Counted from the stretch's first letter, positions 10,162 through 19,970 are shown. The stretch is DNA of 64,000 bases from Candidatus Avimonas merdigallinarum (GCA_904377855.1 CAJFGS010000001.1:42538-106537); one strand, 5' to 3'. The notes: generated by a model from the letters alone, not told the origin. A program made the numbers and translations.

Positions 10162-10392
10162 TCATGCAGGCTCCCGCTGCTTGCTCCGAATGCGGATCCC
10201 TGCCGAAACCAACAGCTGTTCCGCCCTTTCCTCCCCTGCCGGCACGGTGATGCTGTACCCGCACCCATTATTCCCGCCGGCGTCAACCGTACGCCCTACA
10301 TACGCGCGGATTCCGTTGCGCTCCAGCAGTGTTTTTCCGCGCATGGCGTTGGTTACGGAGCTTACGTTGAACACTACTTTATTCAAACCCAC
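10162..10392 (-). CDS. DUF3343 domain protein (putative Se/S carrier partner of cysteine desulfurase)
   Basis: 76 aa, VVFNVSSVTNAMRGKTLLERNGIRAYVGRTVD...GCGYSITV matches the DUF3343 pattern. Uses a non-ATG start: GTG at 10392, or TTG at ~10386 after GGAGGTGA. Confidence 0.55.
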   Translation of the reverse strand: MGLNKVVFNVSSVTNAMRGKTLLERNGIRAYVGRTVDAGGNNGCGYSITVPAGEERAEQLLVSAGIRIRSKQREPA

Positions 10393-10682
10393 TCACCTCC
10401 GCTATCTGCCATTCTTCATCACCCTAATCCTACTATATGCAGGAAAACGGCGGCGGGTCCGACAAATCTCTGCCGGGGCAGCCGGCATGTCGGCAGTTTT
10501 CTTTCAAAAAGGGAAAAACGCGGGGCGGCCGGAACCTGATTCAAACTTCCTAATTTAAGGAAGGCTATGATTTTAATCAGGATTGAAATTGTACGTTGAC
10601 GGAAACTCTAACCGATTCATCAAATTTATTACGGGTTTTCTCTCACCCTCGTTATACGGCTCGCCGCTCCTTTCTATTCATG

Positions 10683-10734
10683 GGAAAAAGAAGAGAGCAG
10701 CCGTTTTCGTGGTGGAAAATAGCTACTCTCTTTT
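10683..10734 (-). terminator. Rho-independent terminator downstream of lipoprotein gene
   Basis: Minus-strand read: AAGAGAGTAGC-loop-GCTGCTCTCTT followed by CTTTTTCC. Confidence 0.5.
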
Positions 10735-10761
10735 AAATTAACGATTCAGGTTGCCTTATAA

Positions 10762-11478
10762 TCACATATCCTCTGTATACTCAAGCGTTTCAAAAAAATT
10801 TACGATTTCCTCGGACAACTCTTCCGGCATGGCATATAGGGAAGCATATTTACCAACCAATCCTTGTCTGGAATCTTCCTGCTGCGTATCCGTTGAGAAC
10901 CGGGCCTCACTATGCACATCTATGGTAATCCTATCCACTTCCGTGGCGCCTTGGTACACAAAAATCGGCATAAAGCCGCCGGCAAGGCCCTCATGGCTGA
11001 TTCCGAGATACGTTCCCTCTACTCGCTGTAATAGGGAGAGCAGCGTGTTATATTCCTCCGTCCCCTTCTTTAAGGTGACAGCCTTAAAAGGCGGAGACTG
11101 CGTATGCCATACCCGGAAGGAATCCGCCTTTTCCCAATAATTTAAATCCTTTAATACTAGATTTGCAGGGGGATCTGGTAAAGATGTATGGGGCTGCGTG
11201 GTTGGTTCCTCCATTTCCGGTTCTTCCTCGGCCGGTGGTTCTTGTTCCGTTATAAAGTTGTCATTATTGGTGATGGCGGTTTCCTCGTCCGTAGTTGTCG
11301 TTGTTGTAGTCGTTGTACTCTCCTTGTCCATAGACGCTTCATCTTCCCTCTTATCGGCATTAGAAATGGCCGAAGAAGAGGACTGTTCTGACGAAAGCGG
11401 AGTTTGTGGATTTACTCTACACGATGCTAAGACTATTGTTGTAGCGAACATACATAAAACAGCTACAAATTTCTTCAT
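10762..11478 (-). CDS. Hypothetical lipoprotein with poly-Thr/acidic linker
   Basis: Signal peptide plus lipobox (VLASC) from MKKFVAVLCM (start 11478), then a T9 run and DEE-rich linker; sits in a low-GC (~40%) patch at 10.4-11.7 kb. Confidence 0.55.
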   Translation of the reverse strand: MKKFVAVLCMFATTIVLASCRVNPQTPLSSEQSSSSAISNADKREDEASMDKESTTTTTTTTTDEETAITNNDNFITEQEPPAEEEPEMEEPTTQPHTSLPDPPANLVLKDLNYWEKADSFRVWHTQSPPFKAVTLKKGTEEYNTLLSLLQRVEGTYLGISHEGLAGGFMPIFVYQGATEVDRITIDVHSEARFSTDTQQEDSRQGLVGKYASLYAMPEELSEEIVNFFETLEYTEDM

Positions 11479-11759
11479 GCCACAATTTCCTCTTTTCAAT
11501 GGAACAAAGTTTTTCATACAAGGTATACCCAGGTTAAGTATAAGCTCTTAAAAATACAATGTCAATAATTTTGTGCTGATAGCACCTATGCTCACCATCA
11601 ACAATTTCTAGCATTCTAAGGGGATACAATTCGACAAGCCAAACTCGGCCTTGTCAGAAGGGGAAAACCTTGCTATGATAAATAGAAAGCTGCGATGCAA
11701 GAAGAAAAAAACAGAAAGTGGATGCTATTCCCATGGACAACACGAATCCGATACAACCG

Positions 11760-12785
11760 ATGAAAAAGAGCGACTATTTCTATGAACTGCCGCCCGAACT
11801 AATCGCGCAGGAACCGATTGAGCCGCGCGATCATTCCCGCCTGCTGGTCATGGACCGGGAGAGCGGCGCGTTAGCGGATCGGCATTTTTACGATCTCGAG
11901 GGCCTTTTAAATCCGGGGGACTGCCTTATCCTGAACGATTCCCGGGTGCTCCCCGCCCGCCTGTACGGGAAAAAGAAGGACACCGGCGCCTCGGTGGAGC
12001 TGCTTCTGCTCCACCCGCTGGGGAACGACCGGTGGGAAGTGCTGGCCGGCCCGGGCCGGCGGGCCAAGCCGGGGAACGTCCTGGTCTTCGGCGACGGCCG
12101 GCTGGAGGCCGAAGTCATCGACGTGGTGGAGGAAGGCAACCGCGTGGTGGAATTCCGGTATGACGGCGGCTTCTACCAGCTGCTGGAACAAATCGGCGAG
12201 ATGCCGCTCCCCCATTACATCACCCACCATCTGGCGGACAGCGAACGGTACCAGACGGTGTACTCCCGCGAACTGGGAAGCGCGGCCGCCCCCACTGCCG
12301 GCCTGCATTTTACTCCGGAACTGCTCGAACGGCTGCGCAAAAAAGGGGTGGAAATCGGGTTTGTCACCCTGCATGTCGGTCTGGGCACCTTCCGCCCTGT
12401 CAAGGAGGAAAACATTACCGATCACAAGATGCATTCCGAGCACTACGAACTGTCCCCTGAAACGGCCGCGCTGATTAACCGGACCAAGGCGGGCGGCGGG
12501 CGGGTCATCGCCGTTGGGACGACCAGCTGCCGCACCCTGGAGAGCATCGGGATGACTGACGGGAAGATAATGCCGGCGGAGGGGTGGACGGATATTTTCA
12601 TTTATCCCGGATACCGCTTCCAGGTGCTGGACGGGCTGCTGACCAATTTTCATCTTCCCGAAAGCACGCTGATCATGCTGGTGAGCGCCTTCGCCGGCTA
12701 TGAGCACACGATGACGGCCTACGCCCATGCGGTAAAGGAGCGGTACCGCTTCTTCAGCTTCGGAGACGCCATGGCGATCCTGTAA
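11760..12785 (+). CDS. queA: S-adenosylmethionine:tRNA ribosyltransferase-isomerase
   Basis: [25 protein letters not shown]...[12 protein letters not shown] is a QueA hallmark; start likely [11 protein letters not shown] (11760; the ORF track begins at 11718). Confidence 0.9.
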   Translation: MKKSDYFYELPPELIAQEPIEPRDHSRLLVMDRESGALADRHFYDLEGLLNPGDCLILNDSRVLPARLYGKKKDTGASVELLLLHPLGNDRWEVLAGPGRRAKPGNVLVFGDGRLEAEVIDVVEEGNRVVEFRYDGGFYQLLEQIGEMPLPHYITHHLADSERYQTVYSRELGSAAAPTAGLHFTPELLERLRKKGVEIGFVTLHVGLGTFRPVKEENITDHKMHSEHYELSPETAALINRTKAGGGRVIAVGTTSCRTLESIGMTDGKIMPAEGWTDIFIYPGYRFQVLDGLLTNFHLPESTLIMLVSAFAGYEHTMTAYAHAVKERYRFFSFGDAMAIL

Positions 12786-12930
12786 CGAGGGCGGGACGGG
12801 GCCCTTTCAGCGGCATTTCAACGGCAGGGGCGGGAGGGTCGCCTCTCGCAGCCTCTCTCATGCCCCGCTCCACACGGTTCCCTCCTGCGGAGATTTCCGC
12901 CCCAGTCTGCCCGCAGGACAGGCGGATAAA

Positions 12931-12980
12931 AATAGGCCGGGCAATGCAATTGAGCCGCATTGCCCGGCCTATTTTGTTTA
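12931..12980. terminator. Bidirectional rho-independent terminator between convergent queA and lipoprotein genes
   Basis: Perfect 17-bp stem AATAGGCCGGGCAATGC / GCATTGCCCGGCCTATT with 9-nt loop, flanked by A-tract (plus 5' side) and TTTGTTT (3' side). Confidence 0.75.
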
Positions 12981-13070
12981 TGCGAGGGTGAAAACGCGGC
13001 GCGGCTCCGGTTTGCCGGATGTGCGCCGCTCTGCCAAGGCGGAAATGGCAGAAGGCCTTATTCCGCCTTT

Positions 13071-14393
13071 TCAGGGGAACATCCTTTCCGGGAAGGGAAT
13101 CGCCGAGACGGTTATTTCGTGCTCGGTCTCGGTCAAATAATCCATCGGGTTCGTAAGATACACAGAGGAATATTCCTGGACGTTGGAGCCGTCCAGGTTC
13201 ACCGTACCGCAGGCCATCAATTGATCAACATCCTTGTATGTCGTCGAAATATAATATACTTTATCGTCGATTTGAATGCAGTGGGATTTCCAGTAGATAT
13301 CCTTAAATCCCTCGGAAGTTTTTAGCTGCGGGAAACGGACATATTCAAACGGTTCGGATAATTTTTCGGTTGAAGTACCGTCGTAACGGACTTTATAGTC
13401 GGTTAAACTAACGTCTTCCAGGTTGTAAACTTGACAGATAAAATAGTCCTCCCGCAATATCAAAAAAAGATAATAATCTTCTGCATTAAATCCGTCATAC
13501 AATGTCCAATTATAGTGAACGCTTTCCATATGCGTTATCTGGTTTTCTCCATTAATATCTACGGAAAAAACTGTACTTCCAGCCTTTTCATATGCATAAA
13601 TCCTCCCGTCGTAATAATACCAGGGGGATTCGTCAGAAGTGCAGATCCGCTTTTTGCCGGTGCCGTCCAGATTGAAGCGGTAAATCGCCTCGTCCTCCGG
13701 AAAGCGTTGCCTTTCCGACGCCTGCCCTTCCTTCAGGAAAATATAGTCGGGGGTCACCAGGAGATAGCCGGACAGGTTCAGGGCAAAGCGGGTGGAAATG
13801 GTCGGGGTGGTGTACAGCTTCTGCTTCTGCGAGCCGTCGGTTTTCATCCGGTACAGGGAGAAGGCATACGTTTCGTCCGGCAAATCGAGGTAATAAAGCC
13901 AGTCCCCCATCACATTGATGTTGGTGATGAGGCGGCCGTCGGTCAGCTTGACCGACGCAGTTTCCCCGTCCTTCTGCTTGTAAAAGGCGTTCAGGCCGGA
14001 GTAATACGTCCAGCCGTCTTTGTTGTTCGCAAAGCCGCCGGCGATAAAGCTGTCGTAATCAATGCCGATGTCGTCCTTCTCCGGCGCGGGCTGCGCCGGT
14101 TCCGTTGCGGGGGTGACCGCCGCAGGCGTGGTCTTTCCGGCCTTGCCGGAGGGCTCCGCGTCCGGGGCGGCCGTGCCGGAGGTGGGCGAACCCGAAGCCG
14201 GGGCGGTGGTGGTAGTCGCAACGGCCGAGGCAGAAGTTGAAACGGAGGTAGGCTCCCCGCTTGTGGTATCAGGCCGGGCGATGGATACCGCCGCCGTCCA
14301 TTCGCCGTCAGAAGGGAGTACGCCGCTGGTACAGCCGCCAAAGCAAATCAGGCATATGCACATACAAGCGAAAAGAGACACCGCTTTCTTCAT
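13071..14393 (-). CDS. DUF5050-like beta-propeller lipoprotein
   Basis: Signal peptide plus Cys (CFGGC), P/T/S/A-rich linker, then Tyr/Asp-rich repeats (YYLDL, YRMKTDGS, YRFNLDGTGKK) typical of DUF5050 propellers. Confidence 0.55.
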   Translation of the reverse strand: MKKAVSLFACMCICLICFGGCTSGVLPSDGEWTAAVSIARPDTTSGEPTSVSTSASAVATTTTAPASGSPTSGTAAPDAEPSGKAGKTTPAAVTPATEPAQPAPEKDDIGIDYDSFIAGGFANNKDGWTYYSGLNAFYKQKDGETASVKLTDGRLITNINVMGDWLYYLDLPDETYAFSLYRMKTDGSQKQKLYTTPTISTRFALNLSGYLLVTPDYIFLKEGQASERQRFPEDEAIYRFNLDGTGKKRICTSDESPWYYYDGRIYAYEKAGSTVFSVDINGENQITHMESVHYNWTLYDGFNAEDYYLFLILREDYFICQVYNLEDVSLTDYKVRYDGTSTEKLSEPFEYVRFPQLKTSEGFKDIYWKSHCIQIDDKVYYISTTYKDVDQLMACGTVNLDGSNVQEYSSVYLTNPMDYLTETEHEITVSAIPFPERMFP

Positions 14394-14993
14394 AAAGACA
14401 CGCCCTTTCCACAAAATAAGTAAATCTTACTCATTTTTATGAATCAATAGTAGCATATAATTCAACAAACAGCAATTATATTTTTCGTAATTCCCATATT
14501 TTTCACAGTTGTTGAGCCTGTGAAAGCTAGAGTTCGCCGGGAGTGGCCGCAGAGGCGTGTTCCATTATAATCCAGGCGCCGGAGAACCTGTTCCACAGAT
14601 TTTCAGCAGGGTGTTCCGGCCCCATGGCTTCATCATGGCAGTTGGCAGCCATAGCGGCCTCCTTTGCCTCTTGATCTGCAGCCCTGAAACGGCTCAGCCC
14701 GTACACGTCCTTCCATTCCCATCCAAAGAAAAGTATATTAAACTTGAAGCCGTATGGTTACCCGAATTTTTCCTGAACCGTCCTGCTGCATCATCTATGC
14801 AGCCGAGGCAGAAAAAAGGGACCTTTCCAAGCACAAAAATATTTTGCAGGGATCAGAAAAAGGCCAAGGAAACCCTTGACCTTTGGGATCCGCTCATGCT
14901 TTTTAGGATACAAAGCCATTGCCTTTTCTCCAAGCAATCGGGGTGAATATTATCCCCACAACGGAATTAAAGATGTAGATAGGGCCCAGACGC

Positions 14994-15686
14994 CTATTGC
15001 TGCTTTTCCCTGCGAGGATGTTTCTGCAGCCATTGCACGAGTTTCGCCAGGTAATGCCCTGCGCAGACAAACAATCCCATAATCGACAAATAATCGAGGA
15101 AAAAGAACAGCAGGGGCTCTTCAAAATCGAAAAAGACGAACTGGGTTTGCAAAAACAGATAGCTTGGGATATCCCTCTGCCAAAAGGCATAAACGCCGTA
15201 CAGCGCAATGCCGGCGCCCAGGATCCGCAGCGCGATCCGGCGCGCGCGGGACGGGGAGCCGCAGAGCCTGCCCGCCCGCCCCATCATGGCATTCCAGTGA
15301 AGCCCCAGATGCAGGGACAGGCAGATGAGGCCCCAGTAAGCGGAAAGCATGTGCAGCGTTCTGCCAAATCCCCGCCCGCCGCGGATTGGCAGGAAGGCGA
15401 ACACCTCGCGGGAAATCAGCACCGCGCTGATAAAAGAACCCAGCATGGTCAGCAGAACCAGCACAGCCAAAGCCGTCTGCAGCACCCGGGAGGGCGGATA
15501 TTTGCCGCGGAACAGGTTTTTGCTCCAGTTCCGGTTCAAAAGGTGATGGACGATAAACAGCACAAATATTCCCACGCCGATCCACTCGTGGGCTGTTCGG
15601 CCGATCCGTTCAAAGGCCATCAGCAGCATCAGAAGGACGGTCATGCCGACATCCACAACGATTTTCCCAAGCGTTTTGCTCTTCAT
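14994..15686 (-). CDS. DUF4405-like multi-pass membrane protein
   Basis: Start at MKSKTLGKIVV; 5-6 predicted TM helices with HHLLNRNW motif; paired with a flavodoxin-family gene as is common for DUF4405. Confidence 0.55.
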   Translation of the reverse strand: MKSKTLGKIVVDVGMTVLLMLLMAFERIGRTAHEWIGVGIFVLFIVHHLLNRNWSKNLFRGKYPPSRVLQTALAVLVLLTMLGSFISAVLISREVFAFLPIRGGRGFGRTLHMLSAYWGLICLSLHLGLHWNAMMGRAGRLCGSPSRARRIALRILGAGIALYGVYAFWQRDIPSYLFLQTQFVFFDFEEPLLFFFLDYLSIMGLFVCAGHYLAKLVQWLQKHPRREKQQ

Positions 15687-15706
15687 GGCGGCTGCCTCCC
15701 CACATT

Positions 15707-16339
15707 TTATTCTCGGATGAAATTGGTGTAAACCACCGGTTCCTGGGGCGGCATCGGTATGAGTTTGCTCCCGACCTCTTTGCATTTGAGAAAGTAGGCC
15801 ATATTATGCCCCAGCAGTTCCATCGTCTGCATCCCTTCCAGATCCCTGCGCACCTCTTCGGGCGTCGTCCCATGCACCATATTCCAATAGCGGGACGTGA
15901 TGATGGGCATCTGCATCAGGCCGAAATATTTGTTCATCTGATCCCAGGTGGCCGTGGTGCCGGCCCGCCGGGCGGAAATCACCGCTGCCGCCGGCTTCAG
16001 ATAAAACCGCTTCCCGCCGCCGTTTAAGTCGGCATAGAAAGCCCGATCCAAAAAAGAGGTCACAGCCCCGGAAGCGCCGCCCCAATGAACCGGAGTGCCG
16101 AATACAAAGCCGTCGTAGTCGCCGGCAAGCTCCAGGAATTCATTGACCGTGTCCTGAAAAACGCAGCGGTTCAGGTCGGCGCATTTGCGGCAGGCGGTGC
16201 AGCCGGACAGGGGCTGGCTTCCAACCCAGAATACATCGGTGCCAATTCCATTCTGGTTGAGCGCCCCGGACACCGCGCAAAGGGCGGTGTAGGTGCAGCC
16301 TTCTCTATGCGGGCTGCCATTGACCAGTAAGACTTTCAT
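15707..16339 (-). CDS. Flavodoxin-family protein / NADPH-dependent FMN reductase (iron-sulfur flavoprotein-like)
   Basis: MKVLLVNGSPHREGCTY...GTPVHWGGASG, an FMN-reductase fold with a Cys-rich insert. Confidence 0.8.
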   Translation of the reverse strand: MKVLLVNGSPHREGCTYTALCAVSGALNQNGIGTDVFWVGSQPLSGCTACRKCADLNRCVFQDTVNEFLELAGDYDGFVFGTPVHWGGASGAVTSFLDRAFYADLNGGGKRFYLKPAAAVISARRAGTTATWDQMNKYFGLMQMPIITSRYWNMVHGTTPEEVRRDLEGMQTMELLGHNMAYFLKCKEVGSKLIPMPPQEPVVYTNFIRE

Positions 16340-16355
16340 GGTTTTTTCCTCTCTG

Positions 16356-17252
16356 CTATTTGCTGTGGGAAACGATCCAATTCAGGACAGACGTTTCCTC
16401 AAACACGACATTGCCGCCGCCGTGATAATTGCCGGTGACGCCGCGCTGGGCGAACCAGGCTTCATCCGGCGTTTGGATTTGCAGCACATCGCCGATTTCG
16501 TCTTCGCTCCAGCCCGCGTCCATGTAGGCGCTGTGCAGGCCGTCGTAGGCGGCGCGGGCCCGCTCGGAGCCGTAATACTCGTCCCCTTCCGCCATAAAGA
16601 TGTACACCGCCACGCCGTTTTCCGCGATGGGTGCAAATTCCCCGTCCCATTGGGACGCGCCGTGAAGGTAGGCGGCGTATAGATCAGGCCGCATGGAGAC
16701 TGCCTGGGACATGGTCTCGCCGCCGGCAGAATAGCCCGCCGCATAGATGCGGCGTTCGTCCACCGAAAAGTGATTGAGAAAATATTCCGTCAATTCAATG
16801 GCCTGCCGGGCAGAGGTCTCATGCCAGTCGGTGAGCTGGGCCGATACCACGATCATATCCTCCGGGAGCTCCGTCCAGCAGAGGAACCCCCGCCAATTCC
16901 GATTGGATCCGGAGGAATCCTCCCCAAACCACATCATATCGTAACCGGGCATGGTCATCATCAGGGGGTATTTCCGCTCTGTACTGTATCCTTCCGGAAG
17001 GGAATAGCTGTAATGGATTCCACCGGTTTCCCCGTCCAATATCTGTTCTGCAATCAGGCCCGTCCGGACGGATTCCCCCGGGAGCGCGCTCTCCGCAGGG
17101 CCGGAAGACGGCGTGCCGGCTGCAGCCTGCTGCCCGGACAAAACATCCGCGCTTTCCGTTCCCGAGGGGGCGGAAGCTTCTGAACAGCCGGGCAGGCAAA
17201 CCAGGCAGAGGCTGCACAACAGAGAAAGCAGCGCCGTACTTTTCCGCTTCAC
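16356..17252 (-). CDS. Alpha/beta-hydrolase lipoprotein (esterase)
   Basis: Lipoprotein signal (CLPGCS) and GYSAGG nucleophile elbow. Confidence 0.7.
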   Translation of the reverse strand: MKRKSTALLSLLCSLCLVCLPGCSEASAPSGTESADVLSGQQAAAGTPSSGPAESALPGESVRTGLIAEQILDGETGGIHYSYSLPEGYSTERKYPLMMTMPGYDMMWFGEDSSGSNRNWRGFLCWTELPEDMIVVSAQLTDWHETSARQAIELTEYFLNHFSVDERRIYAAGYSAGGETMSQAVSMRPDLYAAYLHGASQWDGEFAPIAENGVAVYIFMAEGDEYYGSERARAAYDGLHSAYMDAGWSEDEIGDVLQIQTPDEAWFAQRGVTGNYHGGGNVVFEETSVLNWIVSHSK

Positions 17253-17962
17253 GCCAAACCACCTTCCGTCGAATAGCCCAGCCCGTCCAGCCAGGCGGCC
17301 ACATCCTCCGCGGCGTCCGCTACCGTCCGCTCACTGACGGTAAAGCCGTCCTCAATCGCCGTGGCGTTCGGTTCCAACTCCTCGATGGTCTGGATCGTGC
17401 GGGAGAACCGGCTGCCGTTATGGACGTTAAAGGGGATGATGGTCTTTCCCGAAAAATCGTACTCGTCAAAGAAGCTGTACACCGCCATGGGCAGATCCGC
17501 CCACCAGTTGGGGTACCCGATGAAGATCGTATCGTATTTATCCAGGTTTTCAATGTGGGACGTCAGTTCCGGGCGGGCATTTTCGTCCTGCTCCTGAGCG
17601 GCATAGTCAATGAGCTCGCCGCCGTCAGTGGGATACACCACCGAGGTGCGGATGGAGAACAGGTCCCCTCCTATATTTTCTTGGATCATATCCGCCACAG
17701 CCCGGACGCGCCCCACTGCCTGGCCCTCGATGGTCGTATAGCTGGCAGAAGCGACGGCGTCCACGCCGCTGTTTTCGGCTGCCGTGAAATAGGCGATGAG
17801 GATATTGCCGCCGTCCGGGTCTGTCGCCGGCACGCTTTGCTGGCCTGTTGAGCCAGATTGGCCGCCTTCCTGAAGAGTTTCGCTGTTTGTGCAGACGGTT
17901 AGGGACAGGGCCGATGCCGCGGCCAGAATCCCCGCAAGGACTTTCTTCCAGAGGGATTTCAT
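17249..17962 (-). CDS. Extracytoplasmic flavodoxin-like lipoprotein
   Basis: Signal peptide plus Cys; flavodoxin fold (ILIAYFTAAENSG...IFIGYPNWWADLP). Confidence 0.7.
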   Translation of the reverse strand: MKSLWKKVLAGILAAASALSLTVCTNSETLQEGGQSGSTGQQSVPATDPDGGNILIAYFTAAENSGVDAVASASYTTIEGQAVGRVRAVADMIQENIGGDLFSIRTSVVYPTDGGELIDYAAQEQDENARPELTSHIENLDKYDTIFIGYPNWWADLPMAVYSFFDEYDFSGKTIIPFNVHNGSRFSRTIQTIEELEPNATAIEDGFTVSERTVADAAEDVAAWLDGLGYSTEGGLA

Positions 17963-18059
17963 GGTTTTTCACTCCATTCATCAATGTATCTTGCTGTTCC
18001 TGTAATCATGGACGGGCGCGGGCCGTTGGGGCCTTTCCCTGCAAACTGCAAACAGGGGA

Positions 18060-18926
18060 TCAAACAATCCGGGTTTTGCCCATGTTGGTGAGCATCTCTA
18101 CCGTCGCGGGATCATAGTGGGAGAAGAACAGGCTTTCGCCTTCGTCCAAAGCCCGGATAGCCTCCATGTCCTCCTGGCTGAGGGTAAAATCAAAGACATC
18201 CAGGTTCTGCTCCATCCGCTCCTTGTGGGTGGACTTGGGAATCACCACCACATCCGACTGGATGAGGAAGCGCAGCGCCGTCTGTGCGGCGGACTTGCCG
18301 TATTTGGCGCCGATCTCCGTGAGCACTGGGTTGGTAAAGAAATCCTTCCGGCCCTCCGCAAAGGGGCCCCAGGACTCGTGCTGCACGCCGTATTTCTTCA
18401 TATACGCATGCGCGGTTTTCTGCTGCTGGAACACATGGGTCTCCACCTGGTTCACGGCGGGAGTTACCTCCACAAACTGGCACAGGTCGATGAGACGGTC
18501 GGGATAGAAGTTGGACACGCCGATCGCCCGGAGCTTGCCGGTCCGATAGGCCTCCTCCATCGCCCGGTACGCGCCGTAGTAATCGCCAAAGGGCTGGTGA
18601 ATCAGCAGCAGGTCAATATAGTCTGTCTGCAAATTTTTCAGGGACTTGTCGATGGAGGCTTTGGCTTTTTCATAGCCGGCATTGGAAATCCACACCTTGG
18701 TGGTGAGGAACAGTTCGCCTCTGGGAACGCCGCATTCCTTGACCGCGCTGCCCACCGCTTCTTCGTTGCCGTAAGACTGCGCCGTATCAATGGCCCGGTA
18801 TCGGCGTCCTTCGTCAGGCAGGAAAGGTATTCCTTCACACAGCCTTGTCCGAAATAGACCTTGGTCGCGTTTTGAAAAATAAAGTTGTTCATAACGATGC
18901 TTCCTTTCGGTTTTGTATCGGCCCAA
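18060..18926 (-). CDS. Aldo/keto reductase, N-terminally disrupted (likely pseudogene/fusion remnant)
   Basis: The AKR catalytic tetrad region is present (IDTA, YGNEE, TTKVW, IHQP) and resembles DkgA-type reductases. The first ~35 AKR residues are missing. An out-of-frame ATG at 18892 with a good RBS encodes MNNFIFQNATKVYFGQG, an Fe-ADH (YqhD-like) N-terminus. Same-frame ATG is absent. Confidence 0.6.
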   Translation of the reverse strand: MGRYKTERKHRYEQLYFSKRDQGLFRTRLCEGIPFLPDEGRRYRAIDTAQSYGNEEAVGSAVKECGVPRGELFLTTKVWISNAGYEKAKASIDKSLKNLQTDYIDLLLIHQPFGDYYGAYRAMEEAYRTGKLRAIGVSNFYPDRLIDLCQFVEVTPAVNQVETHVFQQQKTAHAYMKKYGVQHESWGPFAEGRKDFFTNPVLTEIGAKYGKSAAQTALRFLIQSDVVVIPKSTHKERMEQNLDVFDFTLSQEDMEAIRALDEGESLFFSHYDPATVEMLTNMGKTRIV

Positions 18927-18929
18927 GTG

Positions 18930-19970
18930 TTACATCTGCGCTTCCCAAAAAGCCACCGCTTGATTAATCCAGCCTTCGGCTACCGTACCGGCGCCCAGCC
19001 CAAAGCCGTGGGGAAGGCCGGGATAGTGATGAAATTCGGTAGGGATCCCCAACGCGTCCAACACGTCGATCCGCCGCTGCATTGTCCGCCAATTCGCGAT
19101 ACCGTCGCTTTCCCCCACGCAGGCGAAGGTGGGCGGGTCGTTTTCCGTATAGTCCGAATGGCCGGTGTACTGCATGATGACCGCGCCGGGCCGGGGCAGA
19201 GCCTCACCGCCGAAAGCCGCCGGGCCATACGATCCCAGCCACGCCGCCATCCTCCCGCTGGCGGAACCGCCCCAAAGGGAGTAGCAGTCCGTATCTATCT
19301 CCAATTCCTCCGCGTGTTCAAAGAGGAAGCTGACGGCCCGTGCCAGATCCTCGCAGGCGGTTTGCGCTCCGGGACGGTAAATCAGGGCGAAGGCGTTGTA
19401 CCCCATTTTGGAGAGCTCCAGCGCGTGGGGGAAGCTGTCCTGCATGGCCCCCACATAGGCAAAGCCGCCGCCTGCGTTGCATACCGCGAATTTTTCACCG
19501 GGATTGCCCCGGAAAAAGAACAGGCCGGTATCCTCTTTATCCGGATCTTCCGCTTTTTGCTCGTCGGTGTAGATGTTGTAAAACACCGTATCCCCCGCTT
19601 CGGCATGGCTTTTCAGGTAGTTGGCAATTTCCACCGTTTCGTTCGGATCAATGTTGTTGTACCAGGTCAGCCGGAGCTCTCCCAGGGTGTCCCCGCGATA
19701 ATACCCGCTGTCTACCGGGAAAATCAGGCGGCCATAGTCCCCGAATGCCGGGTCGTTGATTACATCCGCTATGGGGGTATCCACCGTATAAGGGCCGTCC
19801 ACACTCTCACTTTCCTGCATGGAATTTTCTCCTTCGGGCGCTTGCTGTATGCTCGACCCTTCCTGCGTACCGGGAACGCTGTCCGCCGCCGGCGCCGCGC
19901 TGCACCCGGCGATGCCAAGCAGGAAACCAACGGCTGCGCAGACCGATACGAAAGTTTTTAATTTTTTCAC
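18930..19970 (-). CDS. Alpha/beta-hydrolase lipoprotein (esterase/lipase)
   Basis: Signal peptide plus lipobox (IAGCS), GGSASG nucleophile elbow, HGFG motif. Confidence 0.7.
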   Translation of the reverse strand: MKKLKTFVSVCAAVGFLLGIAGCSAAPAADSVPGTQEGSSIQQAPEGENSMQESESVDGPYTVDTPIADVINDPAFGDYGRLIFPVDSGYYRGDTLGELRLTWYNNIDPNETVEIANYLKSHAEAGDTVFYNIYTDEQKAEDPDKEDTGLFFFRGNPGEKFAVCNAGGGFAYVGAMQDSFPHALELSKMGYNAFALIYRPGAQTACEDLARAVSFLFEHAEELEIDTDCYSLWGGSASGRMAAWLGSYGPAAFGGEALPRPGAVIMQYTGHSDYTENDPPTFACVGESDGIANWRTMQRRIDVLDALGIPTEFHHYPGLPHGFGLGAGTVAEGWINQAVAFWEAQM

